Source: Nemertoderma westbladi
Taxonomy: Eukaryota > Animalia > Xenacoelomorpha
Reading direction: 5' to 3'
Length of the DNA stretch: 64,000 nt
Assembly (NCBI GenBank): GCA_032718475.1
Contig: JAUCBJ010001720.1
Location: 1 to 64,000, forward strand
Shown here: positions 1-12,200 of the stretch, piece by piece
How the letters are laid out: every line of letters begins with the position of its first letter
How positions within the stretch are numbered: the first letter of the stretch is position 1
Made by a program: the position numbers and the translations under genes
The notes under the pieces: model-generated
What the model was told of the DNA's origin: nothing
Databases searched by the model: none
What the model saw: the letters and a program-made list of their open reading frames with translations, nothing else

Positions 1-287
1 TGTAATATTAAAACAATAAAATAGGACATGGGGTCTTCCCTCAGATACTACGTAGCATTTAGGGCCACTTGGGCCACTGTTAGTACTCAGGCACTAAGGC
101 CCATCAAAAAACGCAAAATACCAAATCGATTACAAATTATGTAGCACTAAAATCGATTGGTATTTTGTGTTTTTTGATGGGCCCTTAGTGCCTGAGTACT
201 AACAGTGGCCCAAGTGGCCCTAAATGCTAGGTAGTATCTGAGGGAAGACCCCATGTCCTATTTTATTGTTTTAATATTAATATTACA
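1..287. repeat. Fold-back inverted repeat (arms ~1-131 and ~151-287); right part directly repeated at ~813-1003
   Basis: 1-131 (tgtaatattaaaacaataaaataggacatggggtcttccc...ccaaatcgatt) is a near-perfect reverse complement of 151-287; 137-318 recurs at 813-1003, followed by (TGTTTAA)n at ~1003-1045. Confidence 0.85.
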
Positions 288-1288
288 ATCCCTCAAAAGT
301 CGTGGTTGTCAACATCATATAATTATATATTTAAAGGGGTATTTTCTGACATCTGCGCAATTTTGTTTAAAAATCTGATCATTTATCTGTACATACCGGT
401 AGGTGCTAATTGGGGTTGGTTGCATTCAGTTGGGAAATCATGTTTATGCATTTGGGGCTGATGGTAACATACATTGGGGGTGGGTGGTTTCAAATCTGTT
501 CGGTGGTACAGTAGGATTTCTAATTTATTGGTCATTGTCTTAATTTAGTGGTGCAGTTTTGTTAGGGTAGAGGTGGGGTTTCGTGGCACACTGCTGATGA
601 GGAGAACCACGAATTCCAGGGTTCAGTGTTTAAATCTCCGAAACCCTTATATTTTTATAAAATTTATGACTTAGACTTACCTTTTCGGCGGACAAAATGT
701 CCTATATTTTTCGTAATTTATGGGATAGCCTATTTCGTGCAATACTTACCGGAACCTGTAGTTTAGTTACTGTATGGTTTGGTGAAATTTTTCTTGTGGT
801 AGTTGGGTTGGGTTATGTAGCACTAAAATCGATTTGGTATTTTGTGTTTTTTGATGGGCCTAGTGCAGTAGTGCCTGAGTACTAACAGTGGCCCAAGTGG
901 CCCTAAATGCTAGGTAGTATCTGAGAGGATAGACCCCATGTCCTATTTTATTGTTTTAATATTAATATTACAATCCCTCAAAAGTCGTGGTTGTCAACAT
1001 CATGTTTAATGTTTAATGTTTAATGTTTAATGTTTAATGTTTAATAGTTTGGGTATAAGAAAGCTAATGCTTATGGAACCCGTACACACCAAAAGAAAGT
1101 CCAACTGAAAGTAATTATAACAGTACCGGTAAGTAATTAAGTATTGCGACCAATACCGACCATGTTTACGAAACAGTGACAAAAACATATATAAAACAAT
1201 TGAAACATAAAAGGACGCAGTTAAATTAAAATAGTGTTCTTATAAAAATGGTTACTAATAAAATGTCTTGCTTGCTAAAGGGTTGAAG

Positions 1289-1740
1289 TGACGTCTATAA
1301 AATCACGAGTATACACAGCAAATTACATAACAGTCGATAAAGTCAGATACATACACTAAAAATTACAAATATACATTAGAATTACTAAACAAATTCAATA
1401 AAATGACGGTCTATATAGTATCACGAGTATACACAGAAAGTTACATATCAGTCGATAAAATCGGATACAAGTATATCGGTTAGGGCTAATATCGATAGTT
1501 TAAGGGTTAAAATAAAATATAAAATTAATTTAAATATCAGATAATCCATAGCTATAAAAACAGTACGGTATGTAAAATAGATCAAGACATTTGAACACTT
1601 AAATTTACATGGATTAGCTAACACTACACGATGAGAAAATAAGTACACAGTTTAAGCTTTAAGGGTTAAAATAAAATATAAAATAAAATTAAAATATTCG
1701 ATAAAATCGTTGTATAGAAACAGTTTGGTATGTAGAACTG
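1289..1740. repeat. Two degenerate local direct duplications (~1289-1351/1403-1470 and ~1497-1580/1657-1737)
   Basis: tgacg..tctata..atcacgagtatacacag..ttacata.cagtcgataaa occurs twice; tttaagggttaaaataaaatataaaat occurs twice. Confidence 0.6.
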
Positions 1741-1860
1741 ATGGATTTAATTAAAATAAAATATTGCATATGAATTGGATTATTTAAGAAATAACAATTC
1801 ATATAACTATTTGTAATAGACAATTCATATATTACTATTATTATTAAATTTAAACTATTA

Positions 1861-2746
1861 TTAATGTTTCTGGAATCCTTTAACTAAGAGTTGGTTGAGC
1901 CGTTGTATCATCCCCCTGGGGTCCCTCCATCATTCCAGCCGATATGTAGGCGTTATCCAATATCTGTTCGGCCAACATCTTAGCCACGTCCGGCTCGGAT
2001 TCCTTCAGTTCCGACAGTTTAATCACCAAGGGATGTCTCGGGTTCACCTCCAGTGTCGGCTGCAACATCTTCACGCGGTCCTCGTCCGCCACTCCTCGCA
2101 TCTGATTGGTCCGCAGGAAGTGTCTCGCGGCCCCCAACTCCGCCATAGTAACCAACGCGGGGTGGGTATCCAGTCTGTTAGTGACACGTACCCTGTGCAC
2201 CGGTAACACGGTCCCCAACCAACCCAGTAGCTCCTTCTCCGTCTCCCCACTCAACCTCTCACCCTCGTTGGACGTGTCCTGGTTGTCCAACTCATCCAGT
2301 TGAGCCTCGTTCTCTACACTGCGGACGTTGTACTTATTGAACTCCCGCAGCTGCAACATTGTGAGATCGTCGTAAGGATCATAAGCGAACAGAACCTCGA
2401 CGTCCTTCCGGCGAAGGGACTCGTAGTAGGGGGATGATTCGGCTAGTTGCCGACTGGGGGCGCTCAGGTAGTAGATCGTCCGCTGTCCTGGCCGCATGCG
2501 ACCGCAGTACGCCTCTAACGAGGTCGTCTCGAACTCCTTGAGGCCGGAGCTCTCGAACTGCAGGAGTTTGGCGATCTCCTCCTTGTGCGGTTGATCTACC
2601 GTGGACACGACGCCCTCCCGGATGTACATACCGTAATCTCTGTAGAAGGTCTCGTATCTAACCGCGTCCCGCTTCAACTCCACGCTTAGAAATCGGATTA
2701 ACTTCCCAACTATAACGTCTTTAATGCGTCGCAACAGCACGGAATC
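1861..2746 (-). CDS. TRAP1: TRAP1 (mitochondrial HSP90/HSP75), exon 2: middle and C-terminal domains
   Basis: Acceptor ttccccag|GAT TCC (phase 0); IAKLLQFESS, IYYLSAPSRQLAESSPYYE, LQPTLEVNPRHPL. A TRAP1-like C-terminus (MEDPRGMIQRLNQLLVKGFQKH*, stop 1861-1863) is reached only by removing one G near 1923-1925. Confidence 0.93.
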
Positions 2747-3189
2747 CTGGGGAAAGGAACGAGAATAATTACTGTTCGGGGACTCCATAGCAGAAGAGTA
2801 AGAATTCTACTCTCGCTTTCAATTATTTTTTTAGATCTGTCTCATGCATAAATTACCAGTGTGTATTTAAGTAACACCCAACAACAATCAGTAATTGTTG
2901 TCAAAATTGTCATAATTAAATATACCGTACACATGTTTAAGTGATACACTTTCACAAAAATGGTGTTAATACAGTAATATTGATTATTGCTAATGCTAAT
3001 GCTAATATACTTTGTGGGTACTGTCCGAATCACTAGAGGGAGCCCAAAGGCTCCTTTGCTCAGTGGAGCATGTTGCTTCTTGTGATGGTCTTTTTGTTAG
3101 TAAATTCCAAGAAGACCAAAATCATGACAGTGAACCTAGACAGCCCTCAAGAAATGTCTGATCGAAGGGCATAAGCCCTAGGAATGGCT

Positions 3190-3563
3190 TGCTTGAGCAC
3201 GTGGATGACTTATGCTACTTGGGATCATGGATCAGAAACTCAGGCGAAGACCTTCGGATATGTAAGGGGAAGGCATGGGCAGCGTTGAATAGTCTGACCT
3301 GACCAGGATTTGGAAGACCCATAGAATCAAACGGAACCTTAAGTAAGGTTCGATTATATATGGCAGCAGTAGTACCAGTACTCTTATATGGGAGTCCATG
3401 CTGGGCTCTAACTGTGGAGGATACCAAATCTCTGGGTTGCAAATTCATAAGAATGTTGCGTCGGGTTCATTGTGTATCAAGTACAATGAACACATCTCCA
3501 ATCAAAATCTATACAACATTGACTATGCAGCTACAACGCAGCATGCCGATAGTAGTAGTAGTA
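3190..3563 (+). mobile_element. 3' fragment of RTE-like LINE (family A) in the TRAP1 intron
   Basis: YLGSWIRNSGEDLRICKGKAWAALN / AAVVPVLLYGSPCWALT match the 56638-58046 copy; ends gcagcatgccgat-(AGT)n. Confidence 0.85.
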
Positions 3564-3571
3564 ACACCCAC

Positions 3572-4819
3572 CTGTAACAACTCTCTGCTCAGATTCAGCG
3601 GGATATCCTCGCTGTCTATAACCCCCCGTACAAAACGCAACCACTTCGGGAGGAGTTTATCCACACGACTCTGTATGAGAACCCGGCGACTGTACAACGC
3701 TACTCCGATACCCTCGTCGCGGGAAAAATCGAACGGAGTTGGGGTGCGATCCGGGATGTAGAGGAGACAGCGGAGGTTGATGGGCGCGTCGGTGTGGTAG
3801 TGGAGGGAGTAGCGAGGCGAGTCGTGCGAACCGGAGAGGAAACGGTAGAACGACTCGTGTTGCTGGGAGGAGACCTCGGACGGGGGTAGACTCCACAAGG
3901 GTTGGGTCTCGTTCACTCGCGTCCCATTCACGTAGAGCGGGAACCCGACGAAACCGCTGTACCTCGCGACGACATCACGCACCGCGCTCTCCTTGGCGAA
4001 TCCGAGACACTCGTCCCGTAGATGGACCACCACCTTGGTTCCGCGTCCCACGTTGCTCGCCTCGGCGACGCGGTACGTTCCCGTTCCTTCCGACGTCCAG
4101 TAGGACGCCGTCCCCCCACGGTAGCTCGCCGTGTAGACCTCGACTCGCTCGCCGCACATAAACGTAGCGTAGAATCCCACACCGAACTGGCCGATTATTG
4201 CGTCGCTTTTACTCCCCCCGCCCTTCTCTATCTCCGATATGAACTCCCGCGATCCGGATCGCGCGATCGTCCCGAGATTCGCGATTAACTCTTCGCGATT
4301 CATCCCCAATCCAGTATCTTGGATCGTAAAGGTTTTAGCCTCTGGATCCACGGCTATGTGGATCTCTAAGGGTTTGTGATTCTCTACAATCTCTTCCCCG
4401 CGGACTTCGAGATATCTCAGTTTCTCCAAGGCGTCGTTGGCATTCGATACGACCTCCCGGATAAAGATATCCTTATCAGAGTAAAGCGACTTGGCGACGA
4501 TGTCGAGAATCGACTTAGTTTCCGCCTGGAAGGAATGTCCGGAGAACTCCCCGTCTGGTTTCACTATCTCCTTGTTGTCGATTATGCTGTGTTTCTCGTC
4601 TTCCTTCTCGAGTTCGGATTCCGGATTCGACGAGGTCCTCCTTACGATGTTCGTTAGGATTGACCTGCCCAGCTGTTGTCGCTCCCCACAGCGGCGCCCT
4701 AGTCCACGGTGCTGACTGCCGACTAGCGGTGGATTAGATAATTGACGATAAGATCCAACTGGCAGAGGCAGCACCCTTTGGGCCCTCGAAACAACACTTC
4801 TAGCGGCCAACATCAACAT
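3572..4819 (-). CDS. TRAP1: TRAP1 exon 1: mitochondrial presequence plus GHKL ATPase domain
   Basis: Arg/Ser/Leu-rich N-terminus; FQAETKSILDIVAKSLYSDKDIFIREVVSNANDALEKLR, NLGTIARSGS, IIGQFGVGFY, GVIDSEDIPLNLSRELLQ then donor CAG|GTGGGT; single 825-nt intron 2747-3571. Confidence 0.95.
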
Positions 4820-6233
4820 TATCAGATTATTGACGGGTTAAACTTTAAAACAAAGATATTATATTATTGAGGCCCTATTGCAGTATTGACAGATTGAAAA
4901 GTTGTACACTTTGAACACGTTCGGCGCAGCATTTCAACTTGAGCAGAAATGTGCTACACCGGACAAGGTACTGAAAAGGCTGGCGCAGAGATGTCAATGA
5001 ATGTGCTGCCGCTACGCCGGCGCAGCCAGCGTGAAAATTGATTTTTTTGGAATTAGTGAATCCCCCTTAAACTGTATACGGTAAAATATAAGCCCTCACA
5101 ATGGATTTCCCCTTAAAACGACGTAACACAACAAATCAATGCCCCCACCAAACTACAGAACTATGTACTTTGTTATTGCCCTATGAATGTATAGTTGGCC
5201 TTATTTTATTGAGTAGATATCATTTTTGGATCAAAAAATTACTGCCAGAAACAGATTCTCCATCGTCGATTATCTCAAAAAGCATAATACAGTAATATTA
5301 ATATAGTGAGTGTGAATGAAGGACCTTTATGAGTAATCTATACTCACTATACTCATAGTTTACACTGTGTAGCAATACACTGTATAAAAAAAGTCGGCCC
5401 ATAAGATTTAGGGCCTAGCAGTCGGCTGCACGGCCTGTCTTCTACTAGGCCTTGGGCTGTACTAACTGACAAACTACCGCACCGGTCAGCCGGTACCACC
5501 TGCTGTGCCAGTCCAGTACAGCCGTACCGGCAGACCGGTACCTAGTGCCTAGAACCTAGGTACCACTACCTACACTAGTCCACTACGCACTAGTCCAGTC
5601 AGCCAGTAGGACAGGTAAATAATAATAGGCCTAATGTATAACGGATAGGCCTACCCGATACCCTGCCGAACCCGATACCGGTACCCTGTCTGCCTGTCGA
5701 TTAGGACGTTCTTACGCTAAATTACCAACCAGATCAGAGTATTAGTAGGCCTAACCTACCGACTTAGCTAGGTAATACCTATCTAACTACGTAACACAGC
5801 ACCGATCAGCCGGTAGACAGAAGTGCTAATGACTACTTAAATACAGCTGTAAGCGTACGGTAGACTACTCCAGTACTCGCGTGACAAGCCTGCAAGCTGT
5901 GCAACATATTTTTAATGACAATCTGTGATCTGACAAACAGTTAAATTTCAGTTTGAAACGTTTTACGGTTCCTGTATGTCGTGACTTTCTTTTTTAAATT
6001 TCCCTCCTTTTTCGAATTATCGAGAACATTGACGAATATAGCCATAATACAATAAATTAATACTAAACTTAATAACGGCAGTAGTGAGAAATTTAGCTAA
6101 AAAGAGATAATGTAGGTCGAAGATTAATTTAATTATTATAAGAATAATAAATATTATTTAATAATCTTATTCAGCCCGTACTATAAACATATTATAGTAT
6201 AGATAATATATTATTATTTTTTATTATTTTTAG

Positions 6234-9200
6234 AAGCGTTTATTGGTGATATCGCGTTAGATGCGGATGATTTGGGGGAACTTGGAATCTCGGTGGAACA
6301 TTTACAGAAAAAATATATGAATCCTTTAAAAACAGATATAAATAATAATAACAACGAAAAACTTAGTTTAGATTCAAACTCTGTACCAGATCCCATTTCA
6401 CAAATGTCGCATAGACAGTCGGGCAGACGCTCCAAAAAGCCTCGACGAAATCGAGTCTCTAAGAAACGGCGACACCGCGGAAAGAGACGGAAGAATCTAC
6501 GAAACTCGGAAGGCCGGAGATCCTCACGGGGCCGACGTGCTGCGACGTCTCAACGCGATCGCCTGTGGCATGGCGGTGTCATACCATTCGTCATAGAAGG
6601 AAACTTTACCGGAGCCCAACAGAAAATGTTCCAGCAGGCAATGCAACACTGGGAGAATTACACCTGTGTCACGTTTATACCGAGAGAAAGGGAGGAACTG
6701 AGTTATATTGCGTTTACTACCAAACCTTGTGGGTGAGTTGTATGAGTGATAAAGGAACCAAGTTACATTGAGTTTACTACCAAACCTTGTGGGTGAGTTG
6801 CATGAGTGATAGAGGAACCAAGCTACTATGAGTTTACTACCAAACCTTGTGGGTGAGTTGTATGAGTGATAGAGGAACCAAGTTACATTGAGTTTACTAC
6901 CAAACCTTGTGGGTGAGTTGTATGAGTGATAGAGGAACCTTAGTTACATTGAGTTTACTACCAAACCTTGTGGGTGAGTTGTATGAGTGATAAAGGAACC
7001 AAGTTACATTGAGTTTACTACCAAACCTTGTGGGTGAGTTGCATGAGTGATGGAGGAACCAAGCTACTATGAGTTTACTACCAAACCTTGTGGGTGAGTT
7101 GTATGAGTGATAGAGGAACCAAGTTACATTGAGTTTACTACCAAACCTTGTGGGTGAGTTGTATGAGTGATAGAGGAACCAAGTTACATTGAGTTTACTA
7201 CCAAACCTTGTGGGTGAGTTGTATGAGTGATAGAGGAACCTTAGTTACATTGAGTTTACTACCAAACCTTGTGGGTGAGTTGTATGAGTGATAGAGGAAC
7301 CAAGTTACATTGAGTTTACTACCAAACCTTGTGGGTGAGTTGCATGAGTGATGGAGGAACCAAGTTACATTGAGTTTACTACCAAACCTTGTGGGTGAGT
7401 TGTATGAGTGATAGAGGAACCAAGTTACATTGAGTTTACTACCAAACCTTGTGGGTGAGTTGTATGAGTGATAAAGGAACCAAGTTACATTGAGTTTACT
7501 ACCAAACCTTGTGGGTGAGTTGTATGAGTGATAGAGGAACCAAGTTACATTGAGTTTACTACCAAACCTTGTGGGTGAGTTGTATGAGTGATAGAGGAAC
7601 CAAGTTACATTGAGTTTACTACCAAACCTTGTGGGTGAGTTGTATGAGTGATAGAGGAACCAAGTTACATTGAGTTTACTACCAAACGTTGTGGGTGAGT
7701 TGTATGAGTGATAGAGGAACCAAGTTACATTGAGTTTACTACCAAACCTTGTGGGTGAGTTGTATGAGTGATAGAGGAACCAAGTTACATTGAGTTTACT
7801 ACCAAACCTTGTGGGTGAGTTGTATGAGTGATAGAGGAACCAAGTTACATTGAGTTTACTACCAAACCTTGTGGGTGAGTTGTATGAGTGATAGAGGAAC
7901 CAAGTTACATTGAGTTTACTACCAAACGTTGTGGGTGAGTTGTATGAGTGATAGAGGAACCAAGTTACATTGAGTTTACTACCAAACCTTGTGGGTGAGT
8001 TGTATGAGTGATAAAGGAACCAAGTTACATTGAGTTTACTACCAAACCTTGTGGGTGAGTTGTATGAGTGATAGAGGAACCAAGTTACATTGAGTTTACT
8101 ACCAAACCTTGTGGGTGAGTTGTATGAGTGATAGAGGAACCAAGTTACATTGAGTTTACTACCAAACCTTGTGGGTGAGTTGTATGAGTGATAGAGGAAC
8201 CAAGTTACATTGAGTTTACTACCAAACCTTGTGGGTGAGTTGTATGAGTGATAGAGGAACCAAGTTACATTGCGTTTACTACCAAACCTTGTGGGTGAGT
8301 TGTATGAGTGATAGAGGAACCAAGTTACATTGAGTTTACTACCAAACCTTGTGGGTGAGTTGTATGAGTGATAAAGGAACCAAGTTACATTGAGTTTACT
8401 ACCAAACCTTGTGGGTGAGTTGTATGAGTGATAGAGGAACCAAGTTACATTGAGTTTACTACCAAACCTTGTGGGTGAGTTGTATGAGTGATAAATGAAC
8501 CAAGTTACATTGAGTTTACTACCAAACCTTGTGGGTGAGTTGTATGAGTGATAGAGGAACCAAGTTAGATTGAGTTTACTACCAAGCCTTGTTGGTGAGT
8601 TGTATGAGTGATAGAGGAACCTAGTTACATTGAGTTTACTACCAAACCTTGTGGGTGAGTTGTATGAGTGATAGATGAACCAAGTTACATTGAGTTTACT
8701 ACCAAACGTTGTGGGTGAGTTGTATGAGTGATAAAGGAACCAAGTTACATTGAGTTTACTACCAAACCTTGTGGGTGAGTTGTATGAGTGATAGAGGAAC
8801 CTTAGTTACATTGAGTTTACTACCAAACCTTGTGGGTGAGTTGTATGAGTGATAGAGGAACCAAGTTACATTGAGTTTACTACCAAACCTTGTGGGTGAG
8901 TTGCATGAGTGATGGAGGAACCAAGTTACATTGAGTTTACTACCAAACCTTGTGGGTGAGTTGTATGAGTGATAAATGAACCAAGTTACATTGAGTTTAC
9001 TACCAAACCTTGTGGGTGAGTTGCATGAGTGATGGAGGAACCAAGTTACATTGAGTTTACTACCAAACCTTGTGGGTGAGTTGTATGAGTGATAAATGAA
9101 CCAAGTTACATTGAGTTTACTACCAAACCTTGTGGGTGAGTTGTATGAGTGATAGATGAACCAAGTTACATTGAGTTTACTACCAAACCTTGTGGGTGAG

Positions 9201-12200
9201 TTGTATGAGTGATAAAGGAACCAAGTTACATTGAGTTTACTACCAAACCTTGTGGGTGAGTTGTATGAGTGATAGAGGAACCAAGTTACATTGAGTTTAC
9301 TACCAAACCTTGTGGGTGAGTTGTATGAGTGATAAATGAACCAAGTTACATTGAGTTTACTACCAAACCTTGTGGGTGAGTTGTATGTGTGATAGGAACC
9401 AAGTTAGATTGAGTTTACTACCAAGCCTTGTTGGTGAGTTGTATGAGTGATAGAGGAACCTATTTACATTGAGTTTACTACCAAACCTTGTGGGTGAGTT
9501 GTATGAGTGATAGAGGAACCAAGATACATTGCGTTTACTACCAAACCTTGTGGGTGAGTTGTATGAGTGATAGAGGAACCAAGTTACATTGAGTTTACTA
9601 CCAAACGTTGTGGGTGAGTTGTATGAGTGATAGAGGAACCAAGTTACATTGAGTTTACTACCAAACCTTGTGGGTGAGTTGTATGAGTGATAGAGGAACC
9701 AAGTTACATTGAGTTTACTACCAAACCTTGTGGGTGGGTTGTATGAGTGATAGAGGAACCAAGATACATTGCGTTTACTACCAAACCTTGTGGGTGAGTT
9801 GTATGAGTGATAGAGGAACCAAGTTACATTGAGTTTACTACCAAACCTTGTGGGTGAGTTGTATGAGTGATAGAGGAACCAAGTTACATTGAGTTTATTA
9901 CCAAACCTTGGGGGTTGAGTTGTATGAGTGATAGAGGAACCAATTAATATTGAGTTTACTACCAAACCTTGTGGGTGAGTTGTATGAGTGATAGAGGAAC
10001 CAAGTTACATTGAGTTTACTACCAAACCTTGTGGGTGAGTTGTATGAGTGATAGAGGAACCAAGTTACATTGAGTTTACTACCAAACCTTGTGGGTGAGT
10101 TGTATGAGTGATAGAGGAACCAAGTTACATTGAGTTTACTACCAAACCTTGTGGGTGAGTTGTATGAGTGATAGAGGAACCAAGTTACATTGAGTTTACT
10201 ACCAAACCTTGTGGGTGAGTTGTATGAGTGATAGAGGAACCAAGTTACATTGAGTTTACTACCAAACCTTGTGGGTGAGTTGTATGAGTGATAGAGGAAC
10301 CAAGTTACATTGAGTTTACTACCAAACCTTGTGGGTGAGTTGTATGAGTGATAGAGGAACCAAGTTACATTGAGTTTACTACCAAACGTTGTGGGTGAGT
10401 TGTATGAGTGATAGAGGAACCAAGTTACATTGAGTTTACTACCAAACCTTGTGGGTGAGTTGTATGAGTGATAGAGGAACCAAGTTACATTGAGTTTACT
10501 ACCAAACCTTGTGGGTGAGTTGTATGAGTGATAGAGGAACCAAGATACATTGCGTTTACTACCAAACCTTGTGGGTGAGTTGTATGAGTGATAAAGGAAC
10601 CAAGTTACATTGAGTTTACTACCAAACCTTGTGGGTGAGTTGTATGAGTGATAGAGGAACCAAGTTACATTGAGTTTATTACCAAACCTTGGGGGTTGAG
10701 TTGTATGAGTGATAGAGGAACCAAGTTACATTGAGTTTACTACCAAACCTTGTGGGTGAGTTGTATGAGTGATAAAGGAACCAAGTTACATTGAGTTTAC
10801 TACCAAACCTTGTGGGTGAGTTGTATGAGTGATAGAGGAACCAAGTTACATTGAGTTTACTACCAAACGTTGTGGGTGAGTTTATGAGTGATAGAGGAAC
10901 CAAGTTACATTGAGTTTACTACCAAACCTTGTGGGTGAGTTGTATGAGTGATAGAGGAACCAAGTTACATTGAGTTTACTACCACACCTTGTGGGTGAGT
11001 TGTATGAGTGATAGAGGAACCAAGTTACATTGAGTTTACTACCAAACCTTGTGGGTGAGTTGTATGAGTGATAGAGGAACCAAGATACATTGCGTTTACT
11101 ACCAAACCTTGTGGGTGAGTTGTATGAGTGATAGAGGAAACAAGTTACTATGAGTTTACTACCAAACCTTGTGGGTGAGTTGTATGAGTGATAGATGAAC
11201 CAAGTTACATTGAGTTTACTACCAAACGTTGTGGGTGAGTTGTATGAGTGATAGAGGAACCAAGTTACATTGAGTTTACTACCAAACCTTGTGGGTGAGT
11301 TGTATGAGTGATAGAGGAACCTAGTTACATTGAGTTTACTACCAAACGTTGTGGGTGAGTTGCATGAGTGATAGAGGAACCAAGTTACATTGAGTTTACT
11401 ACCAAACCTTGTGGGTGAGTTGTATGAGTGATAGAGGAACCAAGTTACATTGAGTTTACTACCAAACCTTGTGGGTGAGTTGTATGAGTGATAGAGGAAC
11501 CAAGTTACATTGAGTTTACTACCAAACCTTGTGGGTGAGTTGTATGAGTGATAGATGAACCAAGTTACATTGAGTTTACTACCAAACCTTGTGGGTGAGT
11601 TGTATGAGTGATAGATGAACCAAGTTACATTGAGTTTACTACCAAACGTTGTGGGTGAGTTGTATGAGTGATAAAGGAACCAAGTTACATTGAGTTTACT
11701 ACCAAACCTTGTGGGTGAGTTGTATGAGTGATAGATGAACCAAGTTACATTGAGTTTACTACCAAACGTTGTGGGTGAGTTGTATGAGTGATAAAGGAAC
11801 CAAGTTACATTGAGTTTACTACCAAACCTTGTGGGTGAGTTGTATGAGTGATAGATGAACCAAGTTACATTGAGTTTACTACCAAACGTTGTGGGTGAGT
11901 TGTATGAGTGATAAAGGAACCAAGTTACATTGAGTTTACTACCAAACCTTGTGGGTGAGTTGTATGAGTGATAGAGGAACCAAGTTACATTGAGTTTACT
12001 ACCAAACCTTGTGGGTGAGTTGTATGAGTGATAGATGAACCAAGTTACATTGAGTTTACTACCAAACGTTGTGGGTGAGTTGTATGAGTGATAAAGGAAC
12101 CAAGTTACATTGAGTTTACTACCAAACCTTGTGGGTGAGTTGTATGAGTGATAGATGAACCAAGTTACATTGAGTTTACTACCAAACGTTGTGGGTGAGT

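Noticed and set aside
5101-5295. 64-aa ORF as the tolloid first exon
   Set aside because: No N-terminal signal-peptide pattern or prodomain similarity, and no convincing phase-1 donor found
6733-6812. 60-bp unit read as a 20-nt GT..AG intron plus a 40-nt exon
   Set aside because: 20 nt is below workable animal intron size, there is no pyrimidine tract, and 40 nt would frameshift
9360-10903. - strand ORFs with repeated [20 protein letters not shown]
   Set aside because: Translation of the 60-bp satellite; frames open and close with repeat variants
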